From Octopus vulgaris (lineage: Eukaryota): DNA of 64,000 nt. The stretch spans positions 22,754,001 through 22,818,000 of the forward strand of contig OX597832.1 in the NCBI GenBank assembly GCA_951406725.2, read 5' to 3'. Under the pieces are notes generated by a model. It was not told the DNA's origin and did no database searches. It was given only the letters and a program-made list of their open reading frames with translations. The position numbers and the translations under genes were made by a program. This document shows positions 1 to 13,700 of the stretch, in pieces (the stretch's first letter is position 1; each line of letters begins with the position of its first letter).

Positions 1-137
1 ACAACACTGTGTACAAAATCAAATATATGGCATCCTAGGCATAACACAAATATCAATTTCTAACTCGCTGTCTCTTGAGGTCACTGGGTGAGACTTGTAG
101 CCAACTTGTACAAATGTAAAGCAAAAGTCAAACATAA

Positions 138-168
<31 letters not shown>

Positions 169-174
169 GTAATG

Positions 175-387
175 ATTTCAAATTCTTGCCAGAAGGGCAG
201 CTTGGGTAAGGTGAGGGGGAATCGATTACATCGACCCCAGTGTTCAACTGGTACTTATCTTATCGATCCCGAAAGGATGAAAAGCGAAGTCGACTACGGT
301 AGAATTTGAACTCAGAACGTAACGACGTGCGAAATACCATTAAGCATTTCGTCCAGCGCGCTAACGATACTGCCAACTCGCCGCCTT
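175..387 (-). mobile_element. tRNA-headed SINE, family 1 (central GCCTTTCATCCTTTCGGGGTCGATAAA-type domain, Meta-SINE-like)
   Basis: Reverse complement matches the head GGCGGCGAG(C/T)TGGCAG...GTTAGC, B-box-like GAGTTCAAATTC and central domain shared by more than 10 copies in the window. Confidence 0.85.
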
Positions 388-415
388 AATAATAACAATA
401 GTAATAATAACAATG

Positions 416-484
<69 letters not shown>

Positions 485-1089
485 GCAATAATAATAATAA
501 TAATAGTAATAATAATGATGATGATGATGATGATGATGATAAAATTATTTTCTAAATACTGTAACTGATTTCCATATTAATGCTGATACTGGTGAACACG
601 AGTGGCTGGTGCTGCTGCTTTTGGTCTTCATAATGGTGATGATGATGAAGGATGTAACAATGGTCATGATGTGAATAATAATAACCATGATGATGATGAT
701 GACTAAATAATAGCGAAGGTATATAATTAACCATAATAGCTAAGGCTGCATACACTCTAGCAGTGGTAGAGCCAGATATTAATTTGCATAAGTTAATTAG
801 CCAATAGTGTATTGAATGTTACCTGCCATATATGCTATTAATCACGGGGCTATAAAAGCTGCCTCTGTGATTGTACTGGAAATTACTATTCATTAGTATA
901 TTTGTATTATGACTAAAGCGTTTAGACTGTTGTATATATGAAGTTAATGTGTAGATAGATTGATATACACAATTATGGGTTTTGAATAGTGCATTGGTAA
1001 TGGTCCGAGGCTTAAAGATATATATATGAGAAGGAAAATGCACACACTTTACATAGTTTTAATATTTTAAATATATCTTGAATTGTGTT

Positions 1090-1122
1090 TGTCGACCGGT
1101 TTCGCTTTTGCTATTCATGACA
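1090..1122 (-). ncRNA. Minimal type I hammerhead-ribozyme motif (PLE-type)
   Basis: Minus strand TGTC-ATGAATA-GC-AAAA-GC-GAAA-CCGG-TC-GACA: stem I TGTC/GACA, stem II GC/GC, palindromic stem III ACCGGT, GUC triplet; core has A3/U8 instead of C3/G8. Confidence 0.6.
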
Positions 1123-1291
1123 TCAAAATTTATTTAAATACCTATTTTCTTAAGAAGAAGTTTGTTGCCCCATGTTGTGTGTGAAATTTGTGAGTGAATG
1201 AGTCAACAAGTAAAGAAATATAAGGAGAGGTAATTGGTTATCGTTATTATTATGGGCAGGGAAGAAAACTGCTCAGCTTCGGTAGCGTGGG

Positions 1292-1328
<37 letters not shown>

Positions 1329-1476
1329 AAAAAATTCTAAAACTAGATTAGTGGGGTGAAATATGTACTGTGATGGGTATGTAATCGTGAATTAAAATAT
1401 GTAAGGAGATCATAGTTGGTTATGCATGCATATTTAGGCGCGTTCTGTATTTTTCGAATATATGCATGTATATATG

Positions 1477-1513
<37 letters not shown>

Positions 1514-1526
1514 GCATGTATGTGTA

Positions 1527-1568
<42 letters not shown>

Positions 1569-1622
1569 AATATATATATATACATATATATTCGCATATA
1601 TATATATGTGTATGTATATGAA

Positions 1623-1843
1623 CGTGGGTACGTCTTTCAAAATGTGACCTCGTGTGTACCGTTCGCGATTTTTTTTCCTCTGTCTTCCCTTCTCGGGATC
1701 TTTCCTTCTCCTATGTTTCCGACGAAGAGCTCCGTTCGAAACGTTAAACCCCCCTTGTTCCCTTCTTTCCTGAGCGTCCAATAATACTATATTTGTTCCA
1801 CGTCCTCACGTTGTTGTATTTTTTTGTGTTTTCTTGTTTGGAT

Positions 1844-1847
<4 letters not shown>
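1623..1847 (+). mobile_element. Short non-autonomous hammerhead-bearing element in (TA)n, divergent relative of family H1
   Basis: GTTT-CCGACGA-A-GAGC-TCC-GTTC-GAAAC-GTT-AAAC at 1715-1749; downstream TTCCTGAGCG...TAATAC shared with H1 copies; flanked by TA-rich tracts. Confidence 0.65.
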
Positions 1848-1942
<95 letters not shown>

Positions 1943-1989
1943 GTATACATTCCATAATTGAAGATCCAGCAAGCAACAGAACCATGGAT

Positions 1990-2260
1990 TCAAAATGATG
2001 GGTGAGTCTCACGTCCTATCCACCGAAAGAGTTGGCTGAGAGCCGAGGTATTTTGAAATATAGAAGGGTACTACTTGAATTCGTTTTGAAATATGAAGTG
2101 AAAGTAAACAAAAAGCCACCAAGTTTAGAATATGCACCCGACAAACACAAAGACAGGGATTGTGTTAGCCTGTTGCTGCACAGAAATCCCTAATACAAGG
2201 CGAATACACGGGAGAAGAATACTCGGAGGGAAGCATAAAGGAGAACGTCAGAAAAAAAAA
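1990..2260 (+). pseudogene. Highly decayed Penelope-like RT-thumb/GIY-YIG fragment
   Basis: Frameshifted pieces LKYEVKVNKKPPSLEYAPDKHKD, KTGIV and GEYTGEE...SIKENVR resemble the PLE linker and GVVY..YIGET..RIKEH pattern. Confidence 0.35.
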
Positions 2261-2665
2261 ATTCTATCACTCATTCCGTTTATAAAAAAGAACAGAAAAA
2301 TGAGGAAACTGATTAATTTCAGCTCTGTAATCACTTTAGAAGGACTATTTAAAAGATATAAAGCATACAAATAAATATTTTAATATCTTGAATTAACATC
2401 TAGAATTCATTTGTGCTGATCAAGCTTAATAAAACCGAAATGGGGCCATACACAGATATTCTGGTAATAATAAAGGATCTTGTATGATTAAACATGGATG
2501 GCCCTCTCTTCTCTTTCCTTCCACCGAGAGGGAAAATATCAAACATTTTAACTTAAAAATTAGGAAAAAAAATGTAAAAGTGATTCTCTCCGCTGAAGTA
2601 CATACGTTCTTCATTCATTCCACGTTCCCTCCCTCTTACTGCCATAAGAGCACATCCAGTAAGCA

Positions 2666-2703
<38 letters not shown>

Positions 2704-2713
2704 GCTGTATATG

Positions 2714-2752
<39 letters not shown>

Positions 2753-2792
2753 GAATATATGTATGTACATATATATATACACATTTATATAT

Positions 2793-2867
<75 letters not shown>

Positions 2868-2956
2868 TGAACATGCTTATCAAAATTTATTTGCTTCATA
2901 CTAAGACATGTATGAAGCATGTATATGTATACACACACATATATACAAACACTTAC

Positions 2957-3052
<96 letters not shown>

Positions 3053-3801
3053 TACGCTGCATAATATGAATCTGCAATATGAGTCAAATAATTTAAACAA
3101 AAAAAAAATTAAATTAGCTACGGATAATGTAGAAATATCAAAATATCTTATCTTTTCTTTTACACGCTACTGTTTTTCATTCTCTTCAAGCAGAAACGAA
3201 CTCTGTGATATTCCATTTACTAAACTAAATGCAATTCAGAAGAAAATCAGCCAAATCAAGGCTATAGAAACGATACGTTTAGAAATAAAGAAGTTTTAAT
3301 GCGTAGATATTATCGAATATTTAGCCTCGCTTTCATTCTGCATTTGATAATAAGTCTAAGAACTATACTCTCGTGATTACACAGATAAATATGCTCAGAG
3401 CTGTGCTTAATTATGCTTCAGATTATAAGACATCAAAAGGAGAATACATCGTAAAAGATAGCCGATATCTTCTTATCGCAGTTCATGTAGATATAGATAT
3501 TAAATAGATTTTGATACTACTATTACCTCAGAAGCATATCTCTATGAGTATGAATGCATTCGTTGCATATGACTATGGAAGGAGGCGTGTGTGTGTGTGA
3601 GAGAGGTTGTGTATTCATGTGCGGGCGCGTGTATTTATTGTTATCAGTATGAAACCATAGAGCATATGTACTTGCATACATTAGGATATTTTTCCTGATT
3701 CTCCTAACATGAAACCAATGGTAGCCTTAATTTAGAAATAAAGAAATTATATCCACCAATGCGGTTTAGAGCACACATTTTTATCGTTCGACATTTACGT
3801 A

Positions 3802-3804
<3 letters not shown>

Positions 3805-3833
<29 letters not shown>

Positions 3834-4300
3834 AGCATGTATGTGTGTGTATGTATGTGTGTATGTGTGTGTGTATGTGTGTATGTATGTGTATATATGT
3901 ATGTATATATGTATGTGTCTATGTATGTATATATATATGTATGTATGTATGTGCGTATGTATGTATGTATGTATATATGTATGTGTGCATGTATGTATGT
4001 ATGTATGAATGTGTGTATGTATGTGTGCATATATGTATGTATGTATGTATATAGGTATGTATGTATGTATGTATGTGTGTATGTATGTATATATGTATGT
4101 GTGTATGTATGTATGTATGTATGTGTATATGTATGTGTGTATGTATGTATGTATGTATGTTTCTATGTATGTATGTGTGTATGTATGTATGTATGTACGT
4201 ATGTATGTTTGTATGTATGTATGTATGCATGTATGTATGTATGTATGTGTGTATGTATGTATGTATGTACGTATGTATGTATGTATGTATGTGTGTATGT
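3805..4300. repeat. Degenerate (TATG)n microsatellite
   Basis: Direct reading; source of the MYVC/YIHT ORFs. Confidence 0.95.
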
Positions 4301-5057
4301 AACAGAGTTACTGATTGATAAGAGATTATCAATCTGGGCAAAAAATGTCTAACCTCTCCGTTTGCACATCAATTTAAGAGATAAGGAGAAAATATGTAAT
4401 GACCATTATTTATAGCTTGTCTCATATACATACACGTGTGTGTGTGTGTGTGTGAGTGTGTAGTTTGTAAATAGTGAGAAAGCACGAGAAGTGAATGTAT
4501 TTATTTTAACTGCTGGTATCCGTAGGATGACGGCCATTTTGCAACCTTCATTGTGTAATAATTTTAGTGTATAATAAATTACTTTGCCTGTCTGCACCAA
4601 TATGCATATTATACATTACACAGTACAGTTGTGCATTTACAAATCAATGCAGATATAGAAGGCCCGCTCTTCAGATCAAGAAAACACCATGGTTACATCA
4701 GTTTTTCTACTCTGCTCAAAACATATGAAAACAATCTTTATAGAGACAATGTATGGACGACCGATATCATTGATGAGATTTACTACAGAGAGAGGAGAGA
4801 GCAAAAAAAGAAGGCTTAATATGTTGTTGAAAGGAAATGATGAATAGTGATGATAGAGATCACAATACAGAATGTGTGTGCGTGTGTGTGTACGTGTGTG
4901 AGAGAGTGAGATAGAGAGGGAGGCACGTAGACTGCTGTTCATAAAATCGAAAGAAAGTAATAGAGGGAGAAATGTATGTGTATATGTGTGTGTGTGTGGG
5001 TGTGTGCGTGTGGGTGGGTGCGTGTGTGTGTATTTACGTAAGTTTGTATGTATTATG

Positions 5058-5091
<34 letters not shown>

Positions 5092-5197
5092 TATGTGTTT
5101 GTGTATATATATATACATATATATGTATACATATATAAATATATATATAAATAAATATACATGTATATATATATAACATATATATACGTATATATAA

Positions 5198-5261
<64 letters not shown>

Positions 5262-5782
5262 ATGTGTGTGTATGCATGTATGTACAATTTAAAATAAAAA
5301 AGGGAGAAAAATTGAATATTATTTTAATTAATATCAATTTAAAAGCATGCATAGTAATATAAGCTTGTTATCTCGATATTCATAGGTATAAATATATAAT
5401 ATTACAGGCTTCCCAATATGGAAGTCGCTACTTTTATCTCTTTCCTCTACGAAAGCCTTATTGTATATCTTATTCCTCTCCTTTCTCCTCGGCTACCGTT
5501 TTCTTGATGATTATATCCATTTTACATGCGCCGTAAACTGCAATTCCCCTACATTTATAGCTGCTCTCATTTATCTCGTACCCAGATAATATAATTAACG
5601 ATATTCTTTACGCTCATAGAAATTTTGGTTCATTATGAGATTCTTGTCCTATTAATTTTAAATGGAATAAATTTAGATTACTCAACGCGTGAAGATAGAG
5701 TTATCAGAGTGAAGCCTAAAGTGAAAAAGAAATTTTTCTTCTGCTTTAATCCCCATATGCATTCATTGAAAATTGTTTCTTT

Positions 5783-6938
5783 CATTCTGTGTGCCAGACT
5801 GCCCCATTCTCCACAAAATCTACACTGCTTGTCTTCTATCAAAACCCATCTGTGCGGGTTTGTTGGCGTCGGGTGTGTGTCTAACATCCGTCGCAGCAGG
5901 AAGGAGATGCGAAGAGGTTCCAACCTCCACAAGCCAGTCCATTTAGTCCTTGCACCCTGAGATACCAACTCTACAGCTTTTTATTTTCTTCTTTCTTCCT
6001 CCTGGTACCGCACCGCTTCCTGGGTCATAGCCCGCCTCTCCCTGATGTATGTTTTCTCCCATTCTTGGAAATAGGAAGAACCAAAATCCTGGCGGCTCCT
6101 GCATGTAACTCCAACGATGTTGTGTAGCTCCAGTAGGCCGTTAACCTGACCGATTGTGGTGCTAGCTATCCACTTTCACGCAACCTTGTAGTAATACCCG
6201 TATGCCTGACAAGCTTCTCCTTTGAGTCTCTGTACATCATTACAGCATTTCGTTTTGCTACTTTAAATTCTTCCGCTATGGATGAGAGGGGAAGTTGCAG
6301 CCGTCCCGATCTTATGTACAGACCTATTGAAGTGAAGCTTGGGGGAACTCATAGCCATCTTCGGAGGTATTTATTTAATTTCCTCTCCTCCACCCTTTCC
6401 ACACTTGTCATCGGAGTATGATACAGTGTCAACAACCGTATGTGTCTTAGGAGCAGTCCGTGTTGGTAGAGCCATGCCCTTAGTAGAACCATGTCCCTGT
6501 ATTTTCCTGGAAGCCCTGATTTATCAATACTCATCGGCCACTTGCTTCACAATATGGGTGACATTGCTTCTGTCTGAGAGCGACTTGTCAAACATCTTTT
6601 CAAGGCATTTAATAGGATTTTCCCCTATTGATGAAATGGCCTCTCCTTTCATTTGCACTATGATTTTGTTGGTTACATTGCCTCCGCCCCGCCCGATCAT
6701 CATTCTCCTCAATTTGGGGGGCTTAAACCTCATTCTTTCCCATATCGTCACGTGTTCTAGTGAAGTCAGCACTCTTTCTGTATCCACATGGGTTGAAGTT
6801 GTTACCGTAATATCATCCATGAAGCCCCTTACTGGGTGCTAACAGCAGCCTGATTCCATTGTTGGTCCTTCGGTTGCTCTACCAGCAGTTGATATGAGAA
6901 AATTCATAACCATGATGAAAAGAATGGGAAAAATCGCA
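5783..6938 (-). pseudogene. Decayed RLE-type non-LTR retrotransposon (HERO/NeSL-like): RT C-terminal half and Zn-knuckle region
   Basis: PILFIMVMN...GFMDDITVTT (RT catalytic motif), WERMRFKP, IDKSGLPGK..AWLYQHG, YLRRWL, QGARTKW..LWRLEPLRISFLL..PTPTN..CRFCGEWGSLAH; contains stops and frameshifts. Confidence 0.85.
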
Positions 6939-6999
6939 GAAAAACATTCATTTCAAGCATTCATAATAATTAAATTACTTGAGCAGCTCTTTCATTTGG

Positions 7000-7545
7000 A
7001 AGAATAAGCATAATTGATTCTATAAGTACCTAATTAAGATAGATAATTAGTCAATATAAATTCGTTTCTTAGCCAAGTGCTTTTCCGTGTTTGGGAACTG
7101 ACGATAGTCAGACGAGTCCATATCAAGAGAATAAGGAGGTGGATCAGCATGTTCAAAACCACACCTACGTGCAGTAGCCATTAAAACCAAGGTCTTGTTT
7201 GCTGGAGCGTTGTCCTCATGAAACAAGATCCATTTCATCAGTTTTCCTAGGCGTTTAGTCTTCATAGCCTTCCATAACTGCGTCTGCACTTTGTCATGAT
7301 ACGCACCATTGAAGATAGTCAAATAACAAAATGCTTTTTGCATCCGAAAAACCAGAAGCTGTCACCTTTCTTGCAGCTAAAATGACTTTAGCCTTCTTTG
7401 GAACAGATGAGGAGAAGTGTTTCCTCTGCATGGATTGTCAGTTTGGCTGGCTCAAAATGAAGATACAAAAACTGATCCTGCATCAGGAAACTTTCAAGGA
7501 AACCATCTGGATGTTCCCGAATCAACATCAGATTTCGTCGTGATG
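7000..7545 (-). mobile_element. Mariner transposase C-terminal remnant
   Basis: LFHEDNAPAN...PPPYSLDMDSSDYRQFP matches the mariner HDNAPAH/HPPYSPDLAPSDY catalytic motifs; disrupted. Confidence 0.85.
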
Positions 7546-7625
7546 AAATGAGCTTTGTACGATTTATATATAATTTTTAACAATATTAGTTGTAAAATGT
7601 TGAAGCGTGTATGCCTCTGGGTTTA

Positions 7626-8022
7626 TACTCTTTTACTCTTTTACTTGTTTCAGTCATTTCACTTTGGCCATGCTGGAGCACCGCTTTTAGTCGAGCAAAT
7701 CAACCCCAGGACTTATTTTTTGTAAGCCTAGTACTTATTCTATCGGTCTCGTTTGCCGAACCGCTAAGTTACGGGGACGTAAACACACAAGCATCAGTTG
7801 CCAAGCGATGTGGGGGGGGGGCAAACACAGACACACATACATATATGTATATATCCATATATACGACGGGCTTCTTTCAGTTTCCGTCTACCAAATCCAC
7901 TCACAAGGCTTTGGTCGGCCCCGTGGCTATAGTAGAAGACACTTGCCCAAGAACTTGCCACTGAACCCGGAACCATGTGGTTCGTAAGCAAGCTACTTAC
8001 CACAGAGCCACTCCTACGCCTA
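7626..8022 (-). mobile_element. SINE family 2 (tRNA head + CORE-like TTGGGCAAGTGTCTT + internal TG/TA microsatellite + (AAAGAGT)n tail)
   Basis: Matches copies at 28268, 31294, 34419, 37762 and 40788. Confidence 0.85.
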
Positions 8023-8197
8023 CATAATTCAAGATGATCTAATATAATGGTTTTTATTAAAGTTATTGCAATAATGTGGCATATGATAAAATTATCCAGG
8101 TGACGTTGTAAAAAAAGATTATATTTAAAAGATTATAGTTAACATACATATAATGACAGATATAGCAATCTTCTTTATGTGCTACAGAACGAATGCC

Positions 8198-8260
<63 letters not shown>

Positions 8261-8511
8261 ATAACTTGTATATTCTAGCAAAGCTAACACCTGAGGAATC
8301 TGAACTCAGATATCAGAGAACGGGAACTAAACACACGCCAGGTGAGTTTTATTGAACGTTCTAACCATTTAGTTGCTTTCAATTTGTCGCCTTGGTGATT
8401 GCAAAAAGAAAAAAAAAATTACCAAAACCTTTTAAAATATATGTGTGTGTGTGTATGTGTGGATTTATTAATACATATATAAATACACTTACACACACGA
8501 ACAAACACGGA

Positions 8512-8590
<79 letters not shown>

Positions 8591-8971
8591 AGTTTAAGGA
8601 TATTTTAATGATACTTTGACATATATTATCGCTTTCTAATCTTTATAAAATGATATTATAGCATGTCTGATTCTATTATATCGTATATCAAATATAGTAT
8701 TTGATATTTATATTATTACATGTTATTTTCTATTTATATTTATTCTAAGCATGGAAGTTAATTGCATGAATTTTGTGTTGTTCATATGTATATGTGTATA
8801 TTGGTTTTACTTGGAATAATTTAAGGTATATCTTTTAAAGTAAATGCAGCAGAATTTCTATTTGAATTAAGACGTGATGAGGGAACGGATACGAAATGCA
8901 GATACAGAATTACATGAGCGTATGTCGACATGTGTGGCTGTCTCTGTCGCTGTCTCTCTCTCTCTCGGTCG

Positions 8972-9043
<72 letters not shown>

Positions 9044-9064
9044 GTGTGTGTGTGTGTGTGTGTG

Positions 9065-9170
9065 TGGAGGCGCAATAGCCCAGTGGTTAGGATCGCGGCT
9101 TCGATTCTCAGACCGGGCGTTGTGAGTGTTTATTGAGCGAAAACACCTGAAGCTCCACGAGGTTCTGGCA
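9065..9170 (+). mobile_element. 5' fragment of SINE family 3 (GGAGGCGCAAT tRNA-like head)
   Basis: Matches the head of 19115-19496 and 24642-24928. Confidence 0.75.
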
Positions 9171-9231
9171 TATATATATGTGTGTGTGTGTATACATATA
9201 TATATATATATATATACACATACTCATACAA

Positions 9232-9308
<77 letters not shown>

Positions 9309-9309
9309 C

Positions 9310-9425
9310 TGTCGCCATGATAGATCGCTAGTCACTAAACCTTGTCTATTTTCTCTCACAAGCCTTAAAGTAATACATCTGTTTATACACCCGTCTTCGT
9401 CTTTTTTTTTTTGTGAATTTTCACT
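9310..9425 (+). mobile_element. Internally deleted copy of family H1 (hammerhead segment missing)
   Basis: CGCCATGATAGATCG 5' end and GTCTTCGTCTTTT..GTGAATT 3' end match the copies at 27791-28003 and 37512-37691. Confidence 0.6.
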
Positions 9426-9962
9426 ATGCTATCGAACGCCTGACCATTATTTAGAAATTTCACGAAAATGAGGCATTTCCAAGTAACTGGCAAACTTCGT
9501 ATAATATACATTTCACACAACGTGCATTTGACATTTGAAATTTAAATGCAAGTGACTTAAGAAAGTTTGACATGGGTTCGTAATAAGAGCTTTTATAAGG
9601 TCATGGAATGATAAGAAAGGGCAATTGAAATGCAATGGAATTTGTGAATATGGAATAAAGTCTTTGGCTGGCTAAATCCAAAGATTGATCTAAGAGCTAT
9701 CGATATATATATGTGTGGGTTGAAATGTGGTTGGAATTTGAAAAAGCTAATGTGGATTTGTACTCGTCCAGCGGTTGGAATATTGTATGTCTGAATAAAA
9801 GTTTCATCTAAACTACGAATTACTATCAAAATATAATGAACTATTTAAAAGAAACAGCAAAAAATATCCTTGTTAAGTTTGACAAAACTAAACAATTATT
9901 ATGGCTTTAAATTAATGCTGTTTACTAACCAACCGATGCCCAACACATACACGCACACACAT

Positions 9963-10302
9963 CGGAGACTCCCTTCGGTCACGACACAGACCATGGGATT
10001 GCACCTAGAAAGTTACCCTCCTGGCACAAGTCCCGGCAAGGTTGTTTATAGAAGGGCAGCAGTCGCCCATGCATACCAGACCCCCCTCTCCATGCCACTG
10101 ATGTTATCCAAGGGAAAGGCAAAGGGGCCGATACAGCTTGGCACCAGTGACATCATCGCAACTCATTTCCACAGCTGTGTGAACTGGAGCAACTTGAAAT
10201 AAAGTGTCTTGCTCAAGAACACAATTCGCAGCCCGGTCTGGGATTCGAACTCACATCACGGTCGTAAGTTCCACTCTCTAACAACTAAGCCGTGTGCCTT
10301 CA
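9963..10302 (-). mobile_element. SINE family 4 (tRNA head + TGTGTTCTTGAGCAAGACACTT domain)
   Basis: Homologous to 33552-33886 and 61510-61833. Confidence 0.8.
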
Positions 10303-10330
10303 ACACACACACACATACACACAAACAATG

Positions 10331-10371
<41 letters not shown>

Positions 10372-10479
10372 CACACACACAACGGGAGTCCTTCACTCGT
10401 ATTTTTCACTTGTTGTTGAAGCCCTGTGGTTACTGTGAATAATTTGGCATTTTGTCCTGTACTTCTTATCTCGTGTGTT

Positions 10480-10539
<60 letters not shown>

Positions 10540-10954
10540 AATCTATATATATATATATATGTAAATATGAAACACAAACACACACACACATACACACACA
10601 CACAAATATATATATCTATATATATATATATACACGCACAAATAAAGAGCTTCCAAGTAGTTTCCATCAAACAAAATCGTTAAAACGGAATCGATCGACG
10701 TCGAGATTAAAACAGAAGACGTTTGCCCAATGAGCGACACAATGGGACTGAACTCAAATTCTCATGTTCAGAAAATATATTTCATTATATTTCATTAAGC
10801 TTCCAATCTGGGCTGCACCAGTCTTCGATAAATAAATACGATTAAAAGACAATAACAATATCCCTTGTATTAATCATGAAATAGAACTCTCCAAGTCATG
10901 TTTGATAGTGTCACGAGAGATGCTCTGAATCTGTCGTGTTGTGAGATAATGATT

Positions 10955-11018
<64 letters not shown>

Positions 11019-11191
11019 TTATGAATCGCGTTTAACTAACAATTATTTGAGATTTTCCTGCTGTCAAATAATCGACTGTATCTTCAAACTGTGAGAAATA
11101 TTATTCCAACCGAAAGATAATAGTTGCGAAGTGTAATTAGTAGAAAATTTGCAGGCTATCGAGGCACTCATTAATGATACGATTTGTAAGG

Positions 11192-11266
<75 letters not shown>

Positions 11267-11412
11267 ATTGTTATCATCATTATTGTCGTTGTTGTTGTTG
11301 ATGGTTTGTTTCCGAGCGTTCTGTATACGTGTTGAAACATCTCATTAACGAATATAGTTTCTAGAGATAAGCTTATACACACACACACACACATACACAC
11401 ACATACACACAC

Positions 11413-11450
<38 letters not shown>

Positions 11451-11772
11451 ATGTATTCTTATCTTATATGTATTGAATTATAATGCATATATGTATGCTT
11501 TTAAGGTTTTCATTTTTGTTAAATGAATAAATAATTCAACATTCTAATATCAGTAAGTTGATGAACAAACCAAATTTGTTTCTCCATTCTCTTATTTGTA
11601 TTATAAATTTACGGTAAAATATTTCTTTACCTTCACCCGTTTAATACAATAAATGAGTTAATTGCATTGTAATTAAGAACATTTATGTATTAAGAATTTG
11701 GGTACTTTACCAACAGTATATTGGATAACTGATATCCCATAGTGGGTTACACCCATAACCCCTATCTTACTT

Positions 11773-11859
<87 letters not shown>

Positions 11860-12247
11860 TTATATAATGCCAATAATTCTTGGATGAGATTTATAAACAT
11901 TTATTGCATCGCGACGCGCGTTTCCACAAATCACGTGCTCTTTAAGATTACAGCCCGTGTTCCTAGGATTATTACAGTGTAGTCCGTAGTATCCCTGAGC
12001 ATCATCACTTCTTCGGGCGATATAAAATTAGTGGATGTACAGTAAAGGGATTTATGTCCCTATTTACCAGTATGAAGTTTACCGAGTTATATTTATCCTA
12101 CATTATATCGGTACAACTTGATGCAACCCCCAAAATCTGGTGAACCAGTCAGCATCATTAGACTATGGCTGCCATATTGGAATAAACCATTTATTTCCAT
12201 ATTCAAAATGTTCCTGATAAACAAATTTAAAACATATGTGTGTGTTT

Positions 12248-12322
<75 letters not shown>

Positions 12323-12344
12323 CATATGTGTGAGTATACAGCTC

Positions 12345-13250
12345 CATCATCATAGATGGTTGGCATCTTGTGCTTCTTTGTTGTCACCGGCGTTTCTGAC
12401 TTTCCATCCACGACCTTTCAGATGACTATTCAGTCCTGTTGCAGATCTGCATGTTTTAAAGATTTGGTGACATACAGAAATTCTGACTGACCACGCACTT
12501 CCAAATGGTTTAGATCTGCACATATCACCGCTTTTCTATCGCCACAGGACATTCAGTGGCTGGAATGACAAGTGAAGTCACCATAGAAAGGCATCTCTAC
12601 GCCATTGGATGAGAGTAGTAAAAGTCTGTACCCCTCTCTGAGTTTCTGGGGACTGGCTGGAACCAAATGACCAGCATTCATGATGTCGAATTGTCGACGA
12701 TGTCAGTAAAATAAGAGAAGGCGTTCGAAATACAAATCGGCGGTGACGGTGGCGGCTTTATCTTGTATCCAAGAATTTAATATCGTGTGTTGAACGCTTC
12801 CTTTATGGTGATAGGATCGATGATTCTGTAGACCAAATCTTGCATGGAAAATCGATTGACTGCAAAGTAGTATTAGTAGACGACAAGATTGATTGTGTCG
12901 AGCCTTTCCTGCTCGTCGCTTGCTTTCTTCCTTTTTTCTTCTGGTTGCATCGAAGGTTTTGGTTCTAATGCTGGTGGAACACTACCTTTTGGTACGGTCT
13001 CGTGATTGCTTCAAACGATTTAGGCTCCAGTCTGATGGCTTTCGCTGTTGTTTTGAGTTGGTCATTGTATCTTCGAAGAGAGAAAACCGCATGGTCTTTT
13101 CCATGATGTGAACTCACTGAATAGGACTTGATGTGGAAACCTTAAACTCTTCCATTCTTGCAACATGTCCTGGCCATCTAAGACTGCGATTCGATGCTTT
13201 GACGGTTGGCTTTTATCAGGACTTTTCGACACTGATTGGTGATCAAACAA
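12345..13250 (-). pseudogene. RTE-clade LINE 3' remnant
   Basis: LRWPGHVARMEE, QVLFSE..KRPCG, RDRTK, and C2H2-like FHARFGLQNH and KTCRSATGLNSHL motifs typical of the RTE ORF end; disrupted. Confidence 0.7.
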
Positions 13251-13700
13251 TCAAAACATAATGAAATTTTAAATATTAAAATAATCTTATCTTTAAAGAT
13301 GAAGTTAATTAGTCGTGCTAATTGTAATCTAATTAACAAGAAACTCATTTCAACGAGAACACAGATAACTATGCACCTTGACAGTCGGTTACAATTTTGG
13401 TTTTTTTACTACTGCCAATCTGAATCTTTTCAAAGAGGATTCGAAAGTTGGGTACAGTGATGTGGAGAAAATGTATCTCCTGTGATGGGGACAGTGGACT
13501 GGCACCTCTGTATAAACGAAGAGTTACCCCTCTGGCATACGCTGTTTGAATGACTTGTACCGGTTAGAAATGCTCACATGGGCATTCTCTTATGTACAGA
13601 TCTTCTACACGTATAATTACATATATAAGAAAAGAGTGTTTTCAAGAAAATTCAGCAAACGCCAGAACGTAAGCAAGCAAGACAAATGAAAAGATACCAA

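Noticed and set aside
9560-9830. Possible PLE RT-thumb remnant on the minus strand (FQPHFNPHI..ALSYHSM)
   Set aside because: The similarity is too weak to call without a profile search.
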